Source: Candidatus Zixiibacteriota bacterium
Lineage (GTDB): Bacteria; RBG-13-66-14; B26-G2; WVWN01
Direction of reading: 5' to 3'
DNA length: 64,000 bases
Assembly: GCA_011773985.1 (NCBI GenBank)
Contig: WVWN01000078.1
Coordinates: forward strand, 39,151-103,150
Under the pieces are notes generated by a model. The model ran no database searches. It was not told the DNA's origin and worked only from the letters and a program-made list of their open reading frames with translations. A program made the position numbers and the translations under genes. Positions 25,447 to 34,674 of this stretch are shown here, in pieces (the first letter of the stretch is position 1; each line of letters starts with the position of its first letter).

Positions 25447-26286
25447 CTAAGGCGGGGGCGATAACCGATATTTCGTGAGTAGGACGAAGAGCGCCGTCGT
25501 GGGGTCGGGGTGCGATTCGTCGCGGGCGACGTAAGGCCAGCCGCCGTCGTCGTTTTGTGTTTCCGCTAAGAGTTTAAGGCATTCTTGAACGTCGGCGTCG
25601 GGCGCGCGCCGGCCGAGGGCGAGGAGGGCCGGCAGCGGGTTTTCGACGGGATTACGCCACCGGCCTTTCTGCCGTGCGAATGCCCCCGGCAGGCCGGCGA
25701 AGACGTCGTGATTGGGAGCTACGCCCGCGGCGAGTAGGCCTGAGACCACGGCGGGAATCGCCCACAAATCGGTTCGGTCGGGGTAGTCTTTGGCAATTTG
25801 GCCCGGCCAGCCCCCGTCCTTGTTCCGCGTGCGCAATAGAAGGGAGCGCGCGCGATTTGTATTTTCGTTGAAGCCGCCCACCGCCGAAAGCGCCACTATC
25901 GCGTCGCCCGTTATCCACGTTACCGAATTTCGCGCGGAAAACCATTCCCACTCGGGTTTGAGGTTGGCGGCTAACGCGGGATTCTCGGAGAAGCCGCCGT
26001 CGGGTCGCTGCATCGCGGCAAGCCAGCTCGCCCCTTTCTTCGCGGCTTCCGCCGCCTCCGCCCGCGCGAGCAATTCCACGCGCCGGGCCGTTACCGGGAC
26101 GCTGCCTAGTTCGCTTTTAGCGCCGGTGCCTACGAACGAACCGTCGTCATTTTGGACCGCGGTTACTTCGGCGGCGAGGTCGGCCTTCGCTCGCGGTACT
26201 GCGCCGCCGGCTAAGCTGAGCTCGAGGTAATGATGGGCCTTCCCGGCCGCGACGACGTACGCCGCCGCCCTCGCAAGCGATTCCAT
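25447..26286 (-). CDS. prenyltransferase/squalene-oxidase repeat (terpene-cyclase-like alpha/alpha toroid) mini-protein
   Basis: Four QW-like repeats (QNDDGSF, QRPDGGF, RNKDGGWPGQ, QNDDGGWPY) in 279 aa. Starts 18 nt downstream of the gatE stop on the same strand. Confidence 0.55.
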   Translation of the reverse strand: MESLARAAAYVVAAGKAHHYLELSLAGGAVPRAKADLAAEVTAVQNDDGSFVGTGAKSELGSVPVTARRVELLARAEAAEAAKKGASWLAAMQRPDGGFSENPALAANLKPEWEWFSARNSVTWITGDAIVALSAVGGFNENTNRARSLLLRTRNKDGGWPGQIAKDYPDRTDLWAIPAVVSGLLAAGVAPNHDVFAGLPGAFARQKGRWRNPVENPLPALLALGRRAPDADVQECLKLLAETQNDDGGWPYVARDESHPDPTTALFVLLTKYRLSPPP

Positions 26287-26304
26287 CTTCCCTTCCTCTC
26301 CAGG

Positions 26305-28254
26305 TTATCGTTCTTTCGCCTTGGGCAGGAATTTCTCGGTGACGATTTCGGCGAGTTCGGCGCCGGGGACGAGCCCCCGCAACTCGGCCATGAGCTCGCC
26401 CATGGCGTAGCGTTTCATCGCCGCGGGGCCGTTGGGGAACCGGCGCACCTTGATCTTACGTTCCACTTTCTTCGCTATTTCGGGAAGCCGTGCTGTTACC
26501 TTGCCGCGGTGCGTCAGGTCGTTGAGGATGCTGCGCAGCGGCGCGCCGTGGGACAGATACGCCTCGAGCGCCGCGGTTAAGGCCTCCCGCGAAATCTTTC
26601 CCCGGCCGTAAAGGCTGAACGTCCTTTCGACGTCGCTTGGGGCGAGGTCGTCTACCGCCCAGCCGCGGCGGCGCCATCCTTTCATCTTGTGCGTTAACGT
26701 CGTCGCTGCGAACTTCGGCTCGACGCCGTGTTCTTCGACGACTTTTTCGAACGTTTCGGCCCAGCGGGACGCGGCGAGGGGCGCGACGCAATCCTCCGGG
26801 ACACCCCACTCGCGGTAGCGGCCTTCGCGGGTCCATATAGGCTCGGGGAGTTCGCTCGCCAACGCCGCGACCCGCTCTTCGGGAATTTTAATCGGCGGCC
26901 GGTCCGTATCGGGGTACATGCGGTCCGGCCCGGGCAGGATTCGTTCGAAGCCCGTCGTGCCGTCGGCTAGGGCCTGGCGCGTCTCCGACGGTACTCCTAT
27001 CGTCGCCTCGTGGGCGCGGAGGACGATCTCGTCGGCGCCCAGGCGCGCGTCCTCGGCCGGGCCCCAAACCAGGACGACGACGTCGCGGTCCCGCGCCTTG
27101 AGTTTACGGCGGAGGCGGCGCCACGTCTCGTCGCCGAGTTGGCGCGAGGAGGTTTCGTCGTCGAAGACGTTTGGCAGGCGATCGAGGCACGCGACTACGC
27201 GTACGCGATCCGAAATTTCGTCGACGAAGCTTTTGGTCTCCTGGGTACGCGCGCCGAGGATGCCGCGAAAACCGCGGAGCGCCACCGCGTACGCGTGGCC
27301 GCCTTCTTTCGCGGCCGCGGCGGGCAGATTTTGCCTGTCGCCCGTTGCCGCCGCGGATACGTCTACCACGACGGCGCGAAACGAGCTCTCCGTTATCCCC
27401 CGGCGTTTGAGTTCCGCGTGAATGTCGAGGAGCGCTCGTTGGCGCATGGCCTCGTTGTGGACGAGGCGGGGTATGGCTTTTAAGCGGGGGACGCCCTTGA
27501 TCTCCGCGCGGGTACCGCCCGCGACGGATACGTTTACGTCCTCGCGCGCGGCGCCGATGCCGGTGCGGACGAGGCCGGTGGAACGGGTGAGCCGCCGTAA
27601 GAGCTGCCCGACCTCGGCGATTTCGGCCGGCGTCTCCATATCCGGGTGCGTTACCGTCTCGACGAGCGGCATCCCCAGGCGGTCGGTAAGATATATCCGG
27701 TAGTGCCCTTCGTCGCCCACCTCGCGGCAGGAATCCTCCTCGACGGCGAGCTGTTTTATGCCGATGCGCCTTCCCCGGAAGGGGACATAACCCTCGACGC
27801 CGACGATCGCGGTCCGTTGGAACCCGGTGGGGATGGACCCGTCCAAGTATTGTTTGCGGATGATGTGCATCTCGGAGACGATGTTGCAATTCAACAACAG
27901 CGCGATTTTCAAGCCAATGTCGATCGATTCCTCGTCCATATCGAAGGGCGGCGTATCGTCCATCTCGTACGTGCAGCACGTCTCCTGCTTGGTCCGGTAG
28001 ATGATGTTTTTACGGGTCTTAAACTCCATGAGGGCGGTGCCGTCGTACTCGCCCATTTCGGACAAAGTGGGCCGCATGTGGCGAAGTATTTCGGCGTCGT
28101 AATCGTAGGAATAAATGCCCGCCGGGCAACGGCAGAAGAGCTTCGAAGTGGTCAGGAGTTGTTGGTGGATTTCGAGGCCGCCGCGGAAACCCATCGCGCG
28201 GTAATCGTCGTCCGTAAGGGAACCGAAGGGTCGTACGTTGGTTATGGTGGGCAT
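26305..28254 (-). CDS. gatE: glutamyl-tRNA(Gln) amidotransferase subunit E, archaeal-type (GatB/GatE family)
   Basis: GLEIHQQLLTTSKLFCRCP signature. 649 aa, the GatE size with an AspRS-like insertion (GatB is about 480 aa). C-terminal GatB/YqeY-like helical tail. Confidence 0.65.
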   Translation of the reverse strand: MPTITNVRPFGSLTDDDYRAMGFRGGLEIHQQLLTTSKLFCRCPAGIYSYDYDAEILRHMRPTLSEMGEYDGTALMEFKTRKNIIYRTKQETCCTYEMDDTPPFDMDEESIDIGLKIALLLNCNIVSEMHIIRKQYLDGSIPTGFQRTAIVGVEGYVPFRGRRIGIKQLAVEEDSCREVGDEGHYRIYLTDRLGMPLVETVTHPDMETPAEIAEVGQLLRRLTRSTGLVRTGIGAAREDVNVSVAGGTRAEIKGVPRLKAIPRLVHNEAMRQRALLDIHAELKRRGITESSFRAVVVDVSAAATGDRQNLPAAAAKEGGHAYAVALRGFRGILGARTQETKSFVDEISDRVRVVACLDRLPNVFDDETSSRQLGDETWRRLRRKLKARDRDVVVLVWGPAEDARLGADEIVLRAHEATIGVPSETRQALADGTTGFERILPGPDRMYPDTDRPPIKIPEERVAALASELPEPIWTREGRYREWGVPEDCVAPLAASRWAETFEKVVEEHGVEPKFAATTLTHKMKGWRRRGWAVDDLAPSDVERTFSLYGRGKISREALTAALEAYLSHGAPLRSILNDLTHRGKVTARLPEIAKKVERKIKVRRFPNGPAAMKRYAMGELMAELRGLVPGAELAEIVTEKFLPKAKER

Positions 28255-28345
28255 GGTTTTTATAGGCTGGGGGACCCAAAATGCCCTATTAGAAATTTAT
28301 ATCATAACGGCCCCACGCGATAAAGGTTTTTCCGTTAGTAGGCGG

Positions 28346-28373
28346 TTTCAAAAATCCGGCCGCCGAGGGCCGG
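28346..28373 (-). terminator. rho-independent terminator (minus strand) after the 28406..28999 gene
   Basis: On the minus strand, CCGGCCCTCGGCGGCCGG hairpin followed by ATTTTTGAAA. Confidence 0.45.
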
Positions 28374-28405
28374 GCGAGAGTACGGACGTCCGGTTTGTGT
28401 CGCAT

Positions 28406-28999
28406 TTAGGGACGGCCGCGTTGGCGAAAATCTTGGAAGTAATATTCCCGCGAAGGCGTTAATTCTTCTGGCTTAAGGCGATACTTTTTGGGGGCGTTCA
28501 AGATTCGGCGGTGGACTTCGGCTATGAGGTCGTTGCGTATTTCTTTTTGTTCGGTGAGCACGTCGACGATGGGCGCTTTCGACTCGGCCTTTCCCTCCAA
28601 TACGTCGACGATGTGGGCATCCGCGGCGAGGGAGCTTACGGTGGCGTCGATAATTTCGAGCCGGAGTTGCTCGCCCCACTTCGTATCGGGAACGTAGGCT
28701 GTACAGAAGTCGACCGTGGCTTTGGCCGCGGGTACGGTTTGCCGGTTGATGGCGTTTTCCAACCCCGCGGGGTCGGCGGCAAAGCCCCCCGCTTCGACCA
28801 GCTCGTCCAGATCTTGGCGCGCTTTTACGAATTCTTCGAAGAGAGTTGCGCACTCCGCGAGCCACACCGCGGTGGGCACGGTCCCGTCCTTTTTAGGTTT
28901 TATGACGCCCTTGGGCAGGGGGCCGCTTTCGCCCAGGGCGAGGCCGCTTAGGGCGGCGAGGATCGAAACCGTTGCTAAACCGTGAACTAACCTACTCAT
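28406..28999 (-). CDS. secreted hypothetical protein
   Basis: MSRLVHGLATVSILAALSGLALG signal peptide. 197 aa, helical. No recognisable motif. Confidence 0.4.
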   Translation of the reverse strand: MSRLVHGLATVSILAALSGLALGESGPLPKGVIKPKKDGTVPTAVWLAECATLFEEFVKARQDLDELVEAGGFAADPAGLENAINRQTVPAAKATVDFCTAYVPDTKWGEQLRLEIIDATVSSLAADAHIVDVLEGKAESKAPIVDVLTEQKEIRNDLIAEVHRRILNAPKKYRLKPEELTPSREYYFQDFRQRGRP

Positions 29000-29007
29000 C
29001 GCCGAGA

Positions 29008-30234
29008 CTACCCTCCCGACGGGCCGCCTTGTCGCGCCGCTTCCTCCGCGGCTTTGTTGAGAATCGCTTTTGCGGTCGGGTTACCCGGGTCGAGCATCAG
29101 TATGTCCGCGCAGTGTTTGGTGGCGGCTTTGAAATCGCCGGCTTCGAGCAGGTACCGCGCGAGGTGCAGGCGCGCCGGTATATTTTGGCGGTCGATCTTA
29201 CTTAAGGTGGTATTGAAAATCTTCCTCGCGAAGATCTCGTCGGACTCCAGCCCGCGGGCGGTGTAAGCGAGCGCGACCATGTTGTTGACCGACGAAAGGT
29301 AGTCGCGCAGGTAGTTTTGTTCCGGTTTACTGAATTGCAGGGCGAAGTTCATGATGGCGGACCCCAAACGGATTATCCGATCCGCGGCGTCGCGCGATTC
29401 GTCCTTACCCGTTACGTCCATCAACCAGAACCTCATGACCAGCAAGTATAGCCAAAAAAGGTCGCGCCGTAGGTGCGCGGTTTGGACGAGTTCCAGCACG
29501 CGGTCGATGGTTCGTTTTTTAAGCGCTTCCGGGAGGAAGACGAAGACTTCGTGGTCGAGGAACGACACAACTTCGAAAATAGCTATGGTTATTGCCGAGT
29601 CCTTCAGCTTTTGTTGCCTATCGGAGGAGAACTTGATCGCGAAGTTCTTGTGCTGCTCGAGTATCGAACGCACGTTCCCGCTTAAGAACAACTTGTAGAT
29701 CTGTCCCGCCCGCGAGAAACCCTCGACTTTTTTGCCGATATTTATGGCGAAACCGTCGATACGGGGGATGGTGTCGCGGCTGCGTAAGCGCCAGTCTTTG
29801 GTTTCGCGAATTACTTTGCCCGTGTGTATACCTATGCCGACATCGAAGACCAGGCCCTTGTCCTCGAACGCGGCGTGGTTGAAGTCCGACGTGAGCCAGA
29901 CCAGTTTCATCTTTAGGGCGAGTTGCAACGCCGAGCGGACGTCGTAGTCCGTATTTTCGCAGTAGAAAAATACCCGGACTTCGTCGCCCTCGATATCCCA
30001 TTCGTAGTTTTCGCCCGTCCGGATGTCTACGCCGCGGCCGGACATGCTTTCGCGCGGGGTGTAGCGATATCGCAGGACGTGGTCTACGATGACGTCGAAC
30101 ATCAGCGACTGGTATTCGGTAAGCATCCGGTTATAGGTAGCGGCGTCCTGCACCCCCGAGATCCCGGTGGAGTTTATGATGTCCACGAAGAGGACCGTGG
30201 CCCGGATTTCGTCGCTTTTCGCTTCTTCCGCCAT
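29008..30234 (-). CDS. class III adenylate/guanylate cyclase domain protein with a C-terminal helical repeat (TPR-like) region
   Basis: ATVLFVDIINSTGIS (FxDIxxFT-type metal-binding Asp) and GDEVRVFFY second Asp. About 200 aa of alpha-helical repeat follow, with a TPR-like end (ARYLLEAGDFKAATKHCADILMLDPGNPTA). Confidence 0.6.
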   Translation of the reverse strand: MAEEAKSDEIRATVLFVDIINSTGISGVQDAATYNRMLTEYQSLMFDVIVDHVLRYRYTPRESMSGRGVDIRTGENYEWDIEGDEVRVFFYCENTDYDVRSALQLALKMKLVWLTSDFNHAAFEDKGLVFDVGIGIHTGKVIRETKDWRLRSRDTIPRIDGFAINIGKKVEGFSRAGQIYKLFLSGNVRSILEQHKNFAIKFSSDRQQKLKDSAITIAIFEVVSFLDHEVFVFLPEALKKRTIDRVLELVQTAHLRRDLFWLYLLVMRFWLMDVTGKDESRDAADRIIRLGSAIMNFALQFSKPEQNYLRDYLSSVNNMVALAYTARGLESDEIFARKIFNTTLSKIDRQNIPARLHLARYLLEAGDFKAATKHCADILMLDPGNPTAKAILNKAAEEAARQGGPSGG

Positions 30235-30240
30235 CCCTCT

Positions 30241-30879
30241 TTAAATTTGAAGGCTTTTACGTTTCTCGCGGATGAAGTCTTCCAAGTAGGACACACGCTC
30301 CGCGAGGCTGGCGTCTATGACTTCGCGGAAGTGTTGCTCGTCGGAGACGAACGCGTCGAACTCCTCTTTTAGGTGCCGCAGTAACTTTTCGATCTCTTCG
30401 CGGCTGTTCTCCAAGACCTTCACTCGCTCGTGAAGCACGGCCGCCTTTTTATCGAATACCTGTTTAGACTCGTTCAGTGTAGCCGCCATCGTCTCGAGTT
30501 GCGCGTTGAATTTGGATATAACGCTGTTAACGTTTTCTCGCAACGCCTCGTTTTCGCGGGAGCTCTTTTTGTTGGCCGCGGTTACCTGCTCGCGCATGGT
30601 GCGGGTTAAACGTTCTATGTCCGCGAACGATTTATCCAAGGCCCCGCGGTGTTTTACCGCCTGTTCCTCCTGGGCGGCCAGCCGCCGCTCCACCGTTGCC
30701 ACGATGCCGCCTAGCTTGACGCGGACCGTCAAGTATAAAAACGCCGTGGCACCCGCGGCGAACGCGGCCACTATTAGCACCGGGTAAGGTTCGACGAGGT
30801 AAAACGCCGCTAGCGCTACGACGGCCGCCAAGAGGAGGACCACGACGAAGAGCGCGTCAAAAATACGAAAAGCCATCAC
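30241..30879 (-). CDS. membrane-anchored coiled-coil protein
   Basis: Two N-terminal transmembrane helices (FDALFVVVLLLAAVVALAAFYLV..., LIVAAFAAGATAFLYL) followed by about 150 aa of coiled coil. Ends 6 nt before the cyclase gene's start on the same strand. Confidence 0.45.
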   Translation of the reverse strand: MMAFRIFDALFVVVLLLAAVVALAAFYLVEPYPVLIVAAFAAGATAFLYLTVRVKLGGIVATVERRLAAQEEQAVKHRGALDKSFADIERLTRTMREQVTAANKKSSRENEALRENVNSVISKFNAQLETMAATLNESKQVFDKKAAVLHERVKVLENSREEIEKLLRHLKEEFDAFVSDEQHFREVIDASLAERVSYLEDFIREKRKSLQI

Positions 30880-31049
30880 TTCCGTCCCGCGTTAAATTCG
30901 CGTAGCATTATTTTCCTTCTCATTAAATTTTATCACAACCCGATTATTTGGTCAACAAGGCTTTATTTGGCTATCTTAAATTCATAGCCTCGACACGGCG
31001 TATCTCGTCAATTCCCCGCTTGGGGCGGGTTTCGGTTGATATAGCCGGT

Positions 31050-31790
31050 TTAACGGCGTTCGCGGTTCCGCCACTCCTCCCACCAGAACCGGCTCATCTC
31101 GGCCAATATTTTTAGGATGATGCCCGGCTTGGCGAGCGTCGAGCGGCCCGCGCGCCGGGGGAAGTAGCGGACCGCCATCTCCACTACCCGCATCCCGGCC
31201 AGCTTCGCCCGCGCCAAGAGCTCGGCGTCGATGAAGGACCCCTCGGACGTTAGGTTGAACTTCCGGATAGCCTTTTTCGTGAATAACTTATAGGAAAAGT
31301 TTACGTCGCGGACGGCGAGGCCGAACACGGCGTTTACGAGTCGATTGTACACAACGGAGTAGATCGTGCGCCACCAACTTTCGCCCCGGTCCGTCCGGTA
31401 GCCGGTTACGCCGTCGGCGCCGTCGCGCACCATTAATTCCACGCCGCGGGGGATGTCGCGGAAGTCGATGGGCAGGTCCGCGTCGGTGTAGAAGACTAGC
31501 TCTTTGGTCGCGGCGTCGAAACCGGTACGGAGGGTTATCCCGAGTTTGTAATTGCGGTCGTGGTGGATCACGCTCACCTCAGCGTATTTCACCGCCAATT
31601 CATCGGCAAGCTCGGGGGTTCGGTCGCTCGAGCCGTCGTCCACGATGACGATCTCGAAATCGTCGAAGTGCCTACGCAATACTTCCCGCGCGCGTTCCAC
31701 CGACGTCGCGATGTTCGCTTCTTCGTTGAACGTGGGAAATATTAAGCTGAGGGTTGGCTTGTAGTTTTCGAGCCGGTTTGGCGTTATCAT
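31050..31790 (-). CDS. family 2 glycosyltransferase (dolichyl/polyprenyl-phosphate sugar synthase-like)
   Basis: LSLIFPTFNEEANI, VIVDDGSSDRT and YTDADL GT-A DxD-type motifs. 246 aa. Confidence 0.7.
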   Translation of the reverse strand: MITPNRLENYKPTLSLIFPTFNEEANIATSVERAREVLRRHFDDFEIVIVDDGSSDRTPELADELAVKYAEVSVIHHDRNYKLGITLRTGFDAATKELVFYTDADLPIDFRDIPRGVELMVRDGADGVTGYRTDRGESWWRTIYSVVYNRLVNAVFGLAVRDVNFSYKLFTKKAIRKFNLTSEGSFIDAELLARAKLAGMRVVEMAVRYFPRRAGRSTLAKPGIILKILAEMSRFWWEEWRNRERR

Positions 31791-31834
31791 TTTGAAGTAG
31801 ATTCGGCGCGAGTTCGGCCGAGCGGCCCCCGGCC

Positions 31835-32932
31835 TTACGTCATACTTCGGGCCAGGTGGTGTATTTGCGGTAAGAGTTCGGCCGCGGCGCGAATTGGTAC
31901 GGGTTCGATGATGACCCGTCCTATGCCGCGCGGCAAGGCCACGTAGATTTCGGCGCCGGGCGCCTTTTTGTCCGCGACCAGCGCCTCGAGGGTTTTGGTC
32001 AAATTCATGGCGGGAAGAAACGTGGGGAGGTTGAACCGCCTGAGGAGGGCCGCCAAGCGTATCACCGTCTCGGTATCGATTTCCCCCCGCAGCTCGGCGA
32101 GGAGGGCGGTGTACACCATCCCGATAGCCAACGCCTCCCCCCTGTTGAGGGCGAAGCGGCTCGCGCTTTCGAAGGCGCGCCCGAAGGTATGCCCGAATTT
32201 TAGGAGGTATCTTTCGCCGCGGTCCCCTCCGTCCGCGCTTAGGACCGCGGCTTTATAAGACAGGCCGCGTTCGATGACGTCGTCGAGCGCGGGCGCCGCC
32301 CGGAGTAGGCCCGCCGCGTTATTCTCCAGGAACGAGAAGAGCTCCTCGCCCTCGAGCACGGCGTACTTGACCGCTTCCGCAAGGCCGGCGGCGAGGTACT
32401 TGGCGGGTAAGGTTGTCAACAGCTCGCCGTCGACAATTACGGCGGCCGGTTGGTAGATGGTCCCGACCTGGTTTTTAACGCCGTCGAAATCCACTCCCAC
32501 TTCGCCGCCCAGGCAAGATTCGATTTGGGCGAGGAGCGTCGTTGGTACGACACCCCAGCGCACGCCGCGTTTGAAAGTGGCCGCGGCGAAGCCGGCGACC
32601 TCGCTCACGCTTCGGCCGCCAAAAGCGACTACGAGGTCCGAGCGGGTAAAGGCCGCGGCCGCGAATTCGCCGTAGAGGCCTGCGAGGTACTCGACGCGTT
32701 TCGCTTCGTCCCCCGGGGCTACCGTCGCCGATCTCACGTCGAAGTCGGCTTCGGCGAGAGCCGGTGCGAGTGCCTTGAGGTAGAGCGGTCGGATATGCTC
32801 GTCCGTCACGATCAAAGCCCGGCCCGCGTCGGGGGCCGCGCGGCGGAAGATTTTGCCAGCGCGCGCGAGGGCGCCGCGCTCGCCGTGAACGCGATACGTG
32901 CCGCCCCTATGTTTAACTTCTATTTCGAACAC
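31835..32932 (-). CDS. 3-dehydroquinate synthase family protein (AroB-like; the second metal-binding His is replaced)
   Basis: VAFGGRSVSEVAGFAAATFKRGVRWGVVPTTLLAQIESCLGGEVGV and KNQVGTIYQP match AroB. The HTFGHA motif reads HTFGRA here. 365 aa. Confidence 0.6.
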   Translation of the reverse strand: MFEIEVKHRGGTYRVHGERGALARAGKIFRRAAPDAGRALIVTDEHIRPLYLKALAPALAEADFDVRSATVAPGDEAKRVEYLAGLYGEFAAAAFTRSDLVVAFGGRSVSEVAGFAAATFKRGVRWGVVPTTLLAQIESCLGGEVGVDFDGVKNQVGTIYQPAAVIVDGELLTTLPAKYLAAGLAEAVKYAVLEGEELFSFLENNAAGLLRAAPALDDVIERGLSYKAAVLSADGGDRGERYLLKFGHTFGRAFESASRFALNRGEALAIGMVYTALLAELRGEIDTETVIRLAALLRRFNLPTFLPAMNLTKTLEALVADKKAPGAEIYVALPRGIGRVIIEPVPIRAAAELLPQIHHLARSMT

Positions 32933-33024
32933 CGTCGACGCCTCTTAGGTTAAAAATACCACAACCGGCGGTTATACGGCAAGATATTCTTGACGTAACA
33001 AAAACGAAGGCTTATAATCGGGGC

Positions 33025-34623
33025 GTGAAAGTGCTAACGCCGGAGCAGATGAGAGAAGTAGACCGCCGCGCCATCCGGGAGTTGGGCGTACCGTCGTCGG
33101 TCTTGATGGACCGGGCGGGGGCCGCGGTGGCCAAAGTCGCCGCAGAGCTAACGGAAGGCGAACTGGTTGTGGTCGCGGCCGGTACCGGGAACAACGGCGG
33201 CGACGGCTTCGTAGCCGCGAGGTATTTGAGGGATGGCGGCCTCGACGTCGCCGTGCACTTGCTCGCGCCGCCGGAGCGACTAAAGGGAGACGCCCTTTTA
33301 AATTACGAGCTGTTCGTGAAGTGCGGCGGCCGGGTAGAGGGGTACGGACGCCGGAGGTTCGTCCGGGATGTTGCGCAAGCGGGCGCCGTCCTCGACGCCA
33401 TGTTGGGGACCGGCGGCCGCGGCGGCCTCTCGGGCGCTTTCCGGGAGGCGGCGGAAATACTGGGCGGCGCCGGCTCGCCGGTTGTCGCGGTGGACGTACC
33501 CTCGGGCGTTGACGCCGCGACGGGCGCCGTCCCGGACGTGGCCGTGGCCGCGGACGCCACGGTAACGTTCGGTTTGCCCAAATTGGGAATCCTGCATTAC
33601 CCGGCGCGCGCGTACGCCGGCGAAATACACGTCGCTGATATCGGGTTTCCGAGGTGCGCCCTCGAAGAGTTATCGTTCGAGCCCTCGGGCGAGAAGCCGG
33701 GCTACGTGGCGCGGGTGCCCGCCGTAGGCGAGGTGGCGGCGCTGCTGCCGCCCCGCCCCCGAAATTTGCACAAGGGCGCCGCGGGCCGGGTTTACATCCT
33801 CGCCGGCTCGCGCGGCATGGGCGGCGCCGCGGTTCTCGCGGGCCAGGCGTGTATGCGCTCGGGAGCGGGGCTGGTGGAAGTGGGCCTGCCGGCCGAGCTC
33901 GACGTTATATTCAGCGCCGCGGCGTTGGAATCCTTATCGCATCCCCTGCCGCAAACGGACGACGGCGCGCTCGCGGCCGACGGCGCGGCGGCGGTCGTCG
34001 GGAAATTCGCCGCGGCGGACGCCGTCGCAATAGGCCCGGGGCTCGGCCGTGCGGCCGCTACCGGGGCCTTGCTCGCGGAAGTGGCGGAACGCGTAAAATT
34101 GCCCGTCGTCGTGGACGCGGACGGTTTATATCTCTTCGGCCTGAAGGGCTTTACGCGGCGGCGGCTGAAGGGCGTACTGACGCCTCACCCCGGCGAGATG
34201 GCCACGCTGTTCGGCGTAAGCGTCGACGACGTGCAACGGGACCGGCTCCGGTGGGCGCGGGAACTGGCCGAGCGGGCCGGGATGGCGGTCGTCTTGAAAG
34301 GTTACCTGAGCGTAGTCGCGGCGCCGGGCGAGGAGACGTGGTTGAATCCCACGGGCAACCCGGGCCTGGCCAGCGGCGGCACGGGCGACGTCCTGACGGG
34401 CGCCGTCGCCGCGCTGCTCGCGGGCGGTTGTTCGCCGGCGGCCGCGGCGCGGGCGGGCGCGTACGTTCACGGCTTAGCCGCGGACGTCGCCGCGGAGGCG
34501 TCGGGCGAGCGGTCGCTCGTGGCGAGCGACGTCCTCGAGGCGCTGCCGGCGGCGTTTAAATTAATAGAAGAGGGCGCGGACGAAGGCGACCCGGGCCTGG
34601 ACAATTTATTCGCGTCGTATTAG
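33025..34623 (+). CDS. nnr: bifunctional NAD(P)H-hydrate repair enzyme Nnr (epimerase + ADP-dependent dehydratase)
   Basis: YjeF N-terminal domain (VVVAAGTGNNGGDGFVAARYL) plus a C-terminal carbohydrate-kinase-like domain (GPGLG, GGTGDVLTG). 532 aa. Confidence 0.8.
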   Translation: MKVLTPEQMREVDRRAIRELGVPSSVLMDRAGAAVAKVAAELTEGELVVVAAGTGNNGGDGFVAARYLRDGGLDVAVHLLAPPERLKGDALLNYELFVKCGGRVEGYGRRRFVRDVAQAGAVLDAMLGTGGRGGLSGAFREAAEILGGAGSPVVAVDVPSGVDAATGAVPDVAVAADATVTFGLPKLGILHYPARAYAGEIHVADIGFPRCALEELSFEPSGEKPGYVARVPAVGEVAALLPPRPRNLHKGAAGRVYILAGSRGMGGAAVLAGQACMRSGAGLVEVGLPAELDVIFSAAALESLSHPLPQTDDGALAADGAAAVVGKFAAADAVAIGPGLGRAAATGALLAEVAERVKLPVVVDADGLYLFGLKGFTRRRLKGVLTPHPGEMATLFGVSVDDVQRDRLRWARELAERAGMAVVLKGYLSVVAAPGEETWLNPTGNPGLASGGTGDVLTGAVAALLAGGCSPAAAARAGAYVHGLAADVAAEASGERSLVASDVLEALPAAFKLIEEGADEGDPGLDNLFASY

Positions 34624-34674
34624 CGGACGGCCCTCCCGGCGCCGTTGACGTTGCAAAACGTAGGAGGAAACGTA

